Shown here: one piece after another, positions 43,157-51,454 of the stretch
Layout of the letters: each line of letters starts with the position of its first letter
Numbering within the stretch: position 1 is the stretch's first letter
Source of the DNA: Deltaproteobacteria bacterium
Lineage (GTDB): Bacteria; Desulfobacterota; Binatia; UBA12015
Assembly: GCA_016874795.1 (NCBI GenBank)
Contig: VGTG01000001.1
Location: 22,735 to 86,734, forward strand
Reading direction: 5' to 3'
Length of the DNA stretch: 64,000 nucleotides
Notes under the pieces: model-generated
Database searches by the model: none
What the model saw: the letters and a program-made list of their open reading frames with translations, nothing else
Told to the model about the DNA's origin: nothing
Position numbers and translations under genes: made by a program

Positions 43157-45663
43157 GCGGGTCGGCGGGCCGTTCGACGGAAAGCGGTTCGACGTCGAAC
43201 GTTTCGACGTCGAACGAGGTCCCGCCCAGCGCCCTCGGCGGCCTCCGCGTCCTCGACCTGAGCCGCGGTTTCGCCGGTTCGCTCGTCTCCCTGATCCTCG
43301 CGGACTACGGCGCCGAGGTCGTACGCGTCGAGCCGCCGGGCGGCGACGAGCTCCGGGAGCATCCGGCCTTCGCTCTCTGGGGACGGGGCAAGAAGAGCGT
43401 CGTGCTCGACCTCGCGCGCGCCGAGGACCGTGCGACCGCCCGCCGCCTCGCAGAGCGCTCGGACGTCCTCCTCGAGACCTTTCGTCCGGGCGTCGCCGAG
43501 CGCTTCGGCCTCGGCTTCGACGAGCTCGCGCGCGCCTGCCCGGGCCTCGTGTACACCTCGATCACCGGATTCGGCCGGCGCGGACCGTACGCGCACCTGA
43601 AGGGCTACGACGGCATCGTGCTCGCGAAGCTCGGCGGCATGTTCCACGTCGCGGGCATGGCACCGCGGCCCGGCCCCGCGTTCCCGGCTGTACCGTACGC
43701 GAGCTTCGGCGCCGCGCAGACGGCGCTCCACGGAACGCTCGCGGCTCTCTACCTGCGTGAGCGAACCGGCCGCGGGCAGCGCGTCGACGCGACGCTCGTC
43801 CAGGGCATGGCCGCGCACGATCCGTGGGAGTGGTTCCTGCGCGTTCTGTGCGAACGCTTCCCGGAAGCCTACAAGCCGGCGCCGCCCTACTCCGAGCGAG
43901 GGGTCCCGACCCAGAGCTTCGCCTTCCGTCTCCTCGTATGCTTGACGAAAGACGGACGCTGGCTCCAGTTCTCGCAGACGTCGCCGCACCTCTTCCGCGC
44001 GTTCATGGAGGTGCTCGGGCTCGCCTGGATGTGGGACGACCCGGAGTGGGCGACCGCTCCCGATTTCGAGGACGAGGAGAAGCGCGAGCGCTTCTGGGAG
44101 CGGATGCTCGAAGCGGCACGGCAGCGCACGGTCGCCGAGTGGGAAGAGGTCTTCCGCGAACACCCGAACGTCTGGGCCGAGGTGTTTCGGACGACGCGCG
44201 AGGCGATGGATCACGCGCAGATGCAGCACAACGGGCACGTGATCACCGTCGCCGATCCGCGGCACGGATCGACCCGGCAGCTCGGGCCCCTCGTGCGCAT
44301 GGGCAAGACGCCGGGTCGCGTCCGCGCTCCCGCCCCGGCGCTCGACGAGCACGGGAGCGAGCTGCGCGACGGCGCGACCGCGACCGCTCCGGCAGCGCCG
44401 ACTCGGTCCACGCGCGATGCGGAGCTGCCGCGCGGTCCACTCGAGGGCGTCACCGTGCTCGAGCTCGGGCTCTGGTACGCCGCTCCCTTCGGGCCCGCGA
44501 TCCTCGCCGACCTCGGCGCACGCGTCATCAAGATCGAGCCGCTCGCCGGCGAGCCGATGCGCCACATGATGCCGGTTCCCGACGCGGGCGCGATCAAGGT
44601 CCTGCAGGGGAAGGAGAGCGTCGCTCTCGACCTCGATCGGCCGGAAGGTCGGGAGATCGTGCACCGTCTCGCGAAGCGCGCCGATCTGGTCCTCGTCGCC
44701 TATCGTGGCGGCGTCGCGGAGAAGCTCGGCGTCGACTACCGGACCCTCTCCGGCCTGAACCCGCGGCTCGTCTACCTGAGCGCGCCCGGGTACGGGACGG
44801 ACGGGCCCTTCGCGCGCAAGCCGGCGTTCGCGCCGACGATCGGCGTCGCGACCGGCGCCGGCCTCTTCCAGGCGGGACCGGCCCTGCCTTCGGGTCCGGA
44901 GCTGACACTCGCGGAGATCAAGCCGGCCTCGATCCGCCTGAACTACGCCGCCCAGGCGCCGGGGAACGCGGACGGCTGCTCGGCTCTCGGGGTCGCGACG
45001 GCACTCCTCCTCGGTCTGGTCGCACGCGAGCGCACCGGGATCGGCCAGGAGATGCTGACGTCGATGCTCTGCACGAGCGCCTACGCGGTCTCCGACGACG
45101 CCGTCGACTACCCGGGCCGTCCGCCTCGGATCGTGCCCGACGCGGATCTGTACGGGCTCGGGCCGCTCTACCGCCTCTACGCGGCGCGCGAGGGCTGGAT
45201 CTTTCTCGCCGTCACGCGGGACGCCGAGTGGGCCGCGCTCGCGGCGGAGCTGGATCTCGCCTCGGAGGCGCGCTTCCACAGCTCCGCAGAGCGGGAGAGG
45301 AACGCCGACGCCCTCGCCGCGGTCTTGTCCGAGGCCTTCGCCCAGCGTACCGCCGCCGAATGGGAGCGGGATCTCGGGAAGCGCGACGTCGCCTGCGTCG
45401 AGGCGGCTCCGGGACCCATCTCGCGCGCCGTCCTCGCCGACCCGATCGGCGCCGAGTTCCTGTCCACCGTCGAGCACCCCACCTACGGCCAGCACCGGCG
45501 GCTCGCGCCGCTGGTCGAGCTCTCGCTCACGCCCGGAGAGGCTCGACCCGCTCCTCTCCTCGGTCAGGACACGGAGGCCGTGCTGCGCGAGCTCGGCTAC
45601 GCGGCGGACGCCGTCGAGGCGCTCGCCGGCGCGCGAGTGATCCTGCGCGCCTCCCAGACCTGA
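43153..45663 (+). CDS. Tandem-fused double family III (CaiB/BaiF) CoA-transferase (836 aa)
   Basis: The ATG overlaps the DUF35 stop (ATGA). Two complete modules begin at LRVLDLSRGFAGSLVSLILADYGAEVVRVEPPGGD and VTVLELGLWYAAPFGPAILADLGARVIKIEPLAGE. Confidence 0.87.
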   Translation: MSGSAGRSTESGSTSNVSTSNEVPPSALGGLRVLDLSRGFAGSLVSLILADYGAEVVRVEPPGGDELREHPAFALWGRGKKSVVLDLARAEDRATARRLAERSDVLLETFRPGVAERFGLGFDELARACPGLVYTSITGFGRRGPYAHLKGYDGIVLAKLGGMFHVAGMAPRPGPAFPAVPYASFGAAQTALHGTLAALYLRERTGRGQRVDATLVQGMAAHDPWEWFLRVLCERFPEAYKPAPPYSERGVPTQSFAFRLLVCLTKDGRWLQFSQTSPHLFRAFMEVLGLAWMWDDPEWATAPDFEDEEKRERFWERMLEAARQRTVAEWEEVFREHPNVWAEVFRTTREAMDHAQMQHNGHVITVADPRHGSTRQLGPLVRMGKTPGRVRAPAPALDEHGSELRDGATATAPAAPTRSTRDAELPRGPLEGVTVLELGLWYAAPFGPAILADLGARVIKIEPLAGEPMRHMMPVPDAGAIKVLQGKESVALDLDRPEGREIVHRLAKRADLVLVAYRGGVAEKLGVDYRTLSGLNPRLVYLSAPGYGTDGPFARKPAFAPTIGVATGAGLFQAGPALPSGPELTLAEIKPASIRLNYAAQAPGNADGCSALGVATALLLGLVARERTGIGQEMLTSMLCTSAYAVSDDAVDYPGRPPRIVPDADLYGLGPLYRLYAAREGWIFLAVTRDAEWAALAAELDLASEARFHSSAERERNADALAAVLSEAFAQRTAAEWERDLGKRDVACVEAAPGPISRAVLADPIGAEFLSTVEHPTYGQHRRLAPLVELSLTPGEARPAPLLGQDTEAVLRELGYAADAVEALAGARVILRASQT

Positions 45664-45801
45664 ACCGCCGGCGAGCGAGCGTCCTCTCGCCCATCGAGCC
45701 GGGAGCCGTCGCCCCGAACAGGCGTTCGAAGTTCGATGGCAGTTCCATCTTGTGCCGACCGCGAGGCTGGGCAATGGTCCCCCCGGTAGGCAGGCCCAGG
45801 G

Positions 45802-46170
45802 GTGCGACTCGATCGGAGAAGGCTGCTGCGCCGGCTCGGGATCTGGCTGTTTTTCCCCGCCGTGCTCATCGGTACAGGGTGGGCCACTCTCGCGTTCGTC
45901 GAAGGCTGGCTCGGCGTTGCGCTGTGGATCGCGCTCTCGCTGCCGCTCTGCCTGCTGATCGACGTCCTGTTCGCGCGCGAGTCCGCACGGCCGCGCACGG
46001 CGAAGTCGCTGCCGCGCATGCGCGTCCGCGTTCCGCTACGCGGCTCCGAGCGTGGACAGCCCGTCGCGAAGTCCGTCGAGAAACCCTTCGTGTGGCAACG
46101 CGAGCCCGTCGAGCAGCGCGGCCATCGGAGCTCCGGCCCGCGCGCTGCGCAAAACCGGCGAGCGCGCTGA
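45802..46170 (+). CDS. Possible small 2-TM membrane protein (122 aa)
   Basis: High third-position GC and two hydrophobic segments (LGIWLFFPAVLIGTGWATLAFV, LGVALWIALSLPLCLLIDVLF). GTG start, weak RBS, no family recognised. Confidence 0.35.
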   Translation: MRLDRRRLLRRLGIWLFFPAVLIGTGWATLAFVEGWLGVALWIALSLPLCLLIDVLFARESARPRTAKSLPRMRVRVPLRGSERGQPVAKSVEKPFVWQREPVEQRGHRSSGPRAAQNRRAR

Positions 46171-46312
46171 GCGGCGGAGGGGCGAGGTCTCTCACTCGCA
46201 TTCCGAGACGCCGCCAGTATCGCCGGCCGACCGCGACCGTCGATTCAGAAAAACTGCGCCGCTCGCGACGTAGATTCCGACGCGAGCCGCGTAGGATTGC
46301 CGAGACAGAGGC

Positions 46313-47695
46313 TCAGATGTCGCGGAAATCCCGCACGCCCGGCGCGGCCTCCGCCACCTTGCGCAGCGCCCGCGCGCAGTCGCGTACGTACTCGGGCGGA
46401 ACCTTGGCGAACGCGGGCAGCGACACGAGCCGCGTGACGAGCTTCCTCGTGTTCGGAAGCTCCGGCGCCGGATTCTTCCGGTAGTTGTCGAGCGCGATGC
46501 CCATCGGGCCGCCGAGCCCCTTCGTCTCCATCGTCGTGAACATCGGCGAGTCCGGAAGGAGCGCCCAGCGGTTGCCGAACTGCGTGTAGCGATCGACGGA
46601 GAGAGGCACGCCCTCGGCCTTCGCCGCTTGCACGAAGGCCTCGCGCGACCAGTCGCCGCACTGCTTCGGATCGAAGTTCAAGATGAAGTTCAGAAAGCCG
46701 CCGCGCTCCGCTTCCTCGTACGTCCCGACGGGCTGGATGCCGGGACAACCGCGCAGCTCCTCCTCGAGGATCCGGTAGTTGCGGCGGCGCAGCTCGTTCA
46801 GCTCGCCCAACCGGTCGAGCCCGCCGAGCGCGAGGATCACACCGTAGACATGCGGACGGTACTTCAGACCGAAGCTCACGTTGTCGAGGCCTTCGAACGT
46901 GCCGTTCACCTGGCCGCGACCGGTACGCCCGTTGTGACCGAGAGCGAGCATGCGGTCGTAGAGGTCGGGATCGTCGGTGACGGCGACGCCGCACTCGCCT
47001 CCCGAGACCGCCTTCGCACCCTGCAGGCTGAAGCAGCCGATGTCTCCCCACGAGCCGACGGGACGACCCGCGTAGCTCGCGCCCGGCGCGTGCGAAGCGT
47101 CCTCGATCAGCGCGACACGATGGCGGCGTGCGATGTCGAGGAACGCGTCCATCTTTCCGGGATTGCCCCACACGTGCACGACGCAGATCGCGCGCGTCCG
47201 CGGCGTGATGAGGCGCTCGACGTGCGCGGGATCGGCGATCAGCGTCTTCTCGTCGACGTCGCAGAAGACCGGCGTCGCACCGACCTGCAGGATCGGAGTC
47301 GACGAAGCGAAGAACGTGTACGCGGGGACGATCACCTCGTCGCCGGGACCGCAGCCGGTCGCGAAGTACGCGCTGTGCAGCGTCGCGGTGCCGCTGTTCA
47401 TGACGATCGCGTACTTGGTGCCGCACATCTCGGCGAATTTCTTCTCGAACTGCCGGAGCGGACCGCCGCCGTCGGAGACGGTGTTGACGTCGCGAAGCCC
47501 GCTGTAGAGGACCGTGCCGATCTCGCGGAGCGTGACCTTGCGCCACTTCTCCTTCGCCTTCTTCTGCACGGCCTTCTTGCCGCCGAAGATCGCGAGGCGA
47601 CCGTTGCGACTCGCCTTGCCGCCCGCGCTCTCGTCGGCGCCGTTCGCCGCGCTCGCCTTCGCCCGGCCGGTCTCGTTCTCGCTCGTCTCGCTCAT
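46313..47695 (-). CDS. DegT/DnrJ/EryC1/StrS-family PLP-dependent aminotransferase with Lys/Ala-rich N-terminal extension
   Basis: MNSGTATLH, DASHAPG, and FSLQGAKAVSGGECG (PLP-Lys region). Confidence 0.9.
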   Translation of the reverse strand: MSETSENETGRAKASAANGADESAGGKASRNGRLAIFGGKKAVQKKAKEKWRKVTLREIGTVLYSGLRDVNTVSDGGGPLRQFEKKFAEMCGTKYAIVMNSGTATLHSAYFATGCGPGDEVIVPAYTFFASSTPILQVGATPVFCDVDEKTLIADPAHVERLITPRTRAICVVHVWGNPGKMDAFLDIARRHRVALIEDASHAPGASYAGRPVGSWGDIGCFSLQGAKAVSGGECGVAVTDDPDLYDRMLALGHNGRTGRGQVNGTFEGLDNVSFGLKYRPHVYGVILALGGLDRLGELNELRRRNYRILEEELRGCPGIQPVGTYEEAERGGFLNFILNFDPKQCGDWSREAFVQAAKAEGVPLSVDRYTQFGNRWALLPDSPMFTTMETKGLGGPMGIALDNYRKNPAPELPNTRKLVTRLVSLPAFAKVPPEYVRDCARALRKVAEAAPGVRDFRDI

Positions 47696-47728
47696 GCTGC
47701 TTCGCCCTGCTCCGTCTGGCTTTCTTCT

Positions 47729-48892
47729 CTACCTTGCCTGTCCGCCGACCGCCGAGAGACCGGGGGCCTGGCTGCCGCCACGGTCGCGATTCCGATAGTC
47801 GTCGGCGCTGATCCCGCGATAGTACGTCGCCCGGTCGTCGAGCGGAAACTCCACCGGCGTTCCGAGAAGCGCCGAGGTGTAGATGCCCGTCGCGAGCTCG
47901 ACCGCGGGACGAGACTCCTCCGGCCCGATCGGCAGCGGCTGATCCAGCTCGAGCGCCTTCAGGATCGCCTCGAAGTAGCGGCGATGCGTCCCGCCGTCGC
48001 CCTTCTTCGGGACCGGCCGCCCGAGTCGCGCCTTCACCTTCTCGGACCCGCGAGCCATCGCCTTGCCGGCGAGCTCCTGATAGCGCGCGAGCCCGCTCTT
48101 CTTCTTCGCGTCCTCGTCCTCGGAGACGTAGCGGAACACCTTCTTCGTTCCGACGACGTCGAACGAGACGCCCGAGCGGCCGACGCCGGTCGACGAGCTG
48201 CACGAGACGATCGCGCCGTTCCGGAACTTGACCGAAGCGGCGAACACGTCCTCCGACTCGATGCCGAGACGGACCGTGTCCATCGTCGCGGAGACGCTCG
48301 CCGGCGGTCCGTACACGAGGCACATCAGGTCGAGCTCGTGGACGAACTGGGTCATCACCGTTCCGCCGCCCGCCATCGCCCAGCTTCCCCAGCTCTTCGC
48401 CGCCTGGACGAACGCGCCGCGCGCGGTACGATTGAACGTGCCGCCGACGAGCTGTCCGAGGGACTCGTCGTCCTTCGCACTCATCAGCTTCTCGACGACG
48501 GGCGCGTAGCGCCGCTGGAAGACGGTCGAGAGCTTTCCCGGATACTGGCGCGCGAATGCGATCAGCTCGTCCATCTGCTCGAGCGTCGGTGCGAGCGGCT
48601 TCTCGCAGACGACGAGCTTGCCCGCCGAGAGCGCGTCGCGCACGACGCGCGAGTGCACTCCCGGCGGCGTGCAGATGTCGATCAGATCGATGTCGGGACG
48701 GTCGAGCAGCCGGCGATAGTCGGTGGTCGCGACGGGGAGGAAGTGCTTCCCACCCGCCGCGCGAAGCCGGAACTCGTCGGTGTCCGCGATTCCGAGCACG
48801 CGGAAGTTCTTCGAAAGGTACTTGTAGGCCGTCAGATGCGACGGGAAGATCGCACCCGCTCCAACGACACCGACGCCGAGCTTCCTTGCCAT
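47729..48892 (-). CDS. Gfo/Idh/MocA-family NAD(P)-dependent oxidoreductase
   Basis: VGVVGAGAIFPSHL Rossmann motif and the CEKPLA motif. Confidence 0.9.
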   Translation of the reverse strand: MARKLGVGVVGAGAIFPSHLTAYKYLSKNFRVLGIADTDEFRLRAAGGKHFLPVATTDYRRLLDRPDIDLIDICTPPGVHSRVVRDALSAGKLVVCEKPLAPTLEQMDELIAFARQYPGKLSTVFQRRYAPVVEKLMSAKDDESLGQLVGGTFNRTARGAFVQAAKSWGSWAMAGGGTVMTQFVHELDLMCLVYGPPASVSATMDTVRLGIESEDVFAASVKFRNGAIVSCSSSTGVGRSGVSFDVVGTKKVFRYVSEDEDAKKKSGLARYQELAGKAMARGSEKVKARLGRPVPKKGDGGTHRRYFEAILKALELDQPLPIGPEESRPAVELATGIYTSALLGTPVEFPLDDRATYYRGISADDYRNRDRGGSQAPGLSAVGGQAR

Positions 48893-48937
48893 GCTGCCTC
48901 TACTCTCCGCTCCGTCGTCGAATCGCGACGACGGCTC

Positions 48938-49807
48938 TCAACCGCGCATCCGCGCGCCGACGCGCTTGAGCTGGCCGCTCACGCGCTCCGCCGTCGCACG
49001 GCTGTTTCTCCAGAGGGTCTCGACGCGGCCTGGATGATGCACCGGCTCGGCCGCGAGGTTGCGCCAGATGCCGGAAGGCGACTTCCACTCGGGGAACCAG
49101 CGATCCATCGCGGCGCCGCAGATCTTCTCGAACGAGGCGCGCTGACGCGGCGTCCATCGCTCCCAGTAGCTGACCGGCTGGCGCGCGGTGTTGAGCTGCT
49201 CGACCTGGACCTTCCCGAGCTCCGGGAGCTCGAGAAACTTCTGCAGCCGTGGGAGCGAGGACGTGAGACGATCGAGACGAACCTTCGCCCACATCGACGG
49301 CTCGAGCCGAGAGAGCTGATCCTCGATGACCTGGTTGTACTTGAGCCAGCACCAGCAGCACTTCTCGAAGCGGCTCATCGCCGCCCACTGCTCGTGCGTG
49401 TAGTCGCCCGTGCGATCGCCGTGCAAGCGGCCTTTCCGCCACTCCGGTCCTTGACGCGGGTACACCTCGTCGTACCAGCCGCGGTAGTACATCGAAGCGA
49501 CGGAATCGCGACCGTCGCGGATCAGCCAAATGTACTTCGCTTCGGGGAAGACGTCGCGCAGGATCGGAAAGAGGAGCGTGTGCTGTAGGTTGACCTCTCC
49601 GTAGACCTTGCCGTCGAGCGTCGACTTGCGTGTCTCGCGCAAGACCTTCTCGATCTCCGCGCGTGGCTCCGTGCCGCAGAAGAACGCAGTCGCCTCCGCC
49701 ACCAGCTCCGGCTTCGGATGGTGCAGGCACACGGTGCCGGGAATCTGATTGAGAGCGGTGGCAATGGTCCGGCTGCCGGCCCGCCCCGTGCTCAAGACAA
49801 AATACAT
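48938..49807 (-). CDS. PAPS-dependent sulfotransferase family protein
   Basis: 5'-PSB-like loop LSTGRAGSRT and 3'-PB-like IRDGRDSVASM. About 290 aa. Confidence 0.75.
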   Translation of the reverse strand: MYFVLSTGRAGSRTIATALNQIPGTVCLHHPKPELVAEATAFFCGTEPRAEIEKVLRETRKSTLDGKVYGEVNLQHTLLFPILRDVFPEAKYIWLIRDGRDSVASMYYRGWYDEVYPRQGPEWRKGRLHGDRTGDYTHEQWAAMSRFEKCCWCWLKYNQVIEDQLSRLEPSMWAKVRLDRLTSSLPRLQKFLELPELGKVQVEQLNTARQPVSYWERWTPRQRASFEKICGAAMDRWFPEWKSPSGIWRNLAAEPVHHPGRVETLWRNSRATAERVSGQLKRVGARMRG

Positions 49808-49999
49808 CGCCGACTGTCGAAGCGCGACGCGCTCCTCGCGCGTGGGTTAACGAATCCTTGGGTTCGCCGGGTATATCGGTATCGGTGGGCTGGTTCTCAA
49901 GCAAGTCGAACGCCCGATCCTGCAGGCCCGCGTCGGCCCCGGGCAAGTCCCTTTTTTCGGCCTGTATCCGCGGGCTTTCTTCGACTACCCACGCAGATC

Positions 50000-51439
50000 A
50001 TGAACGGACCCGTGAACTCGCCCGCTCGGACGCGACACTCGGTCGCGGCGTCGATCGCCGTCCTCCTCTGCGGGGTAGCGTCTGCTCAGGCGCGCACCGA
50101 GCTGACCGCGCTCAGCGGCGCGACCGAAAAGCTCGTCGCCGAGGTACAACCCGGCGTCGTCCAGGTGATGGCGACGGGATACGGACCCGGCGCCCCGACG
50201 GCGCAGACCGCGGCGACGAGCAGTCTCCTGACGACGCAGCGATCGGCGGGCTCCGGCGTCATCGTCGATCCCAACGGATACGTCGTGACGAACGCGCACG
50301 TGATCGACGGTGCGGAGCGCGTCTACGTCGTTCTTCCGCCCTTGCCACCGCGCTCGCCCGAGAAGAAGTCGATCGTGCGGCCGCGTGGGCATCAGATCGA
50401 AGCGGAGATCGTCGGGATCGATCGCGAGACCGACCTCGCGGTGCTGAAGATCGACGAGAGCGACCTTCCGGCCGTTCGCTTCGGCGACTCGGACGAGCTG
50501 CGCACCGGCGAAATCGTGCTCGCCGTCGGGAACCCGATGGGGCTCGGCAGCTCCGTCTCCCTCGGCGTCGTGAGCGCCCTCGGACGCCAGCGCGGTCCGG
50601 AAGATCCGATGGTCTACATCCAGACCGATGCGCCCATCAATCCGGGCCACAGCGGCGGCGCCCTCGTCGACACGGACGGCTCGCTCGTCGGCATCAACAC
50701 CTTCCTCCTGTCTCATTCGGGCGGCAGCGAAGGTCTCGGCTTTGCCGCGCCGATCAACATCGTGCGCGCGGTGTACGAGCAGCTCCGAAGAACGGGGAAG
50801 GTCCAGCGCGGCAACATCGGCGTCGTCGCGCAAACGATCACGCCGCTCCTCGCGGCCGCGCTCGCTATGCCGCGTGATCAAGGCGTCGTCCTCGGCGACG
50901 TCGAGCCCGGCGGACCCGGCGAAGCGGCGGGCCTGAAGAACGGCGACATCATCCTCGCGATGAACGGCAAGCCGATGGAGAATGGGCGCCAGCTCGAAGT
51001 GAACGTGTATCAACGCACGCCGGGCGACGTCGTCGAGCTCGAGGTGCTGCGCGGAGAGGAAAAGAGCACCGAGTTCGTCGCCGTGCGCGAGCGGCAAGGC
51101 GCCGGCGAGCCGGAGCGGATCGCGGAGATGGTTCGTCCCGATCGGAACCTCGTGCGCGGCCTCGGCATCCTCGGGATCGAGGTCAGCGACGAGGTCCAGA
51201 AGCACCTGCCGCCCTTGCGGATCCCGCACGGCGTCGTCGTCGCGGGACGCGCGGCGGACGGCCCGATCTTCGACGTGCCGCTGGTCCCGGGCGACATCAT
51301 CATCGGGCTGAACGGGACGGAGATCGAGACTCTCGACGACCTCCGCGCGAAGGTCTCCGCGCTGCGGAGCGGCCATCCGGCGGTGCTGCAGATCCAGCGC
51401 GGGCCGCGACTCGCGTACGTCGCATTCGAGGCGATGTAG
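50000..51439 (+). CDS. DegP/HtrA-family periplasmic serine protease with two PDZ domains
   Basis: Signal peptide and catalytic triad regions TNAHVI, DLAVLKI and NPGHSGGALV, followed by two PDZ-like segments. Confidence 0.92.
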   Translation: MNGPVNSPARTRHSVAASIAVLLCGVASAQARTELTALSGATEKLVAEVQPGVVQVMATGYGPGAPTAQTAATSSLLTTQRSAGSGVIVDPNGYVVTNAHVIDGAERVYVVLPPLPPRSPEKKSIVRPRGHQIEAEIVGIDRETDLAVLKIDESDLPAVRFGDSDELRTGEIVLAVGNPMGLGSSVSLGVVSALGRQRGPEDPMVYIQTDAPINPGHSGGALVDTDGSLVGINTFLLSHSGGSEGLGFAAPINIVRAVYEQLRRTGKVQRGNIGVVAQTITPLLAAALAMPRDQGVVLGDVEPGGPGEAAGLKNGDIILAMNGKPMENGRQLEVNVYQRTPGDVVELEVLRGEEKSTEFVAVRERQGAGEPERIAEMVRPDRNLVRGLGILGIEVSDEVQKHLPPLRIPHGVVVAGRAADGPIFDVPLVPGDIIIGLNGTEIETLDDLRAKVSALRSGHPAVLQIQRGPRLAYVAFEAM

Positions 51440-51454
51440 CCGCGCGAGACGCAG

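Noticed and set aside
46261-46287. Hairpin GCTCGCG-(13 nt)-CGCGAGC between the convergent small membrane ORF and the DegT gene.
   Set aside because: It has only a 7-bp stem with a large loop and no U-tract, which is not distinguishable from chance in GC-rich DNA.
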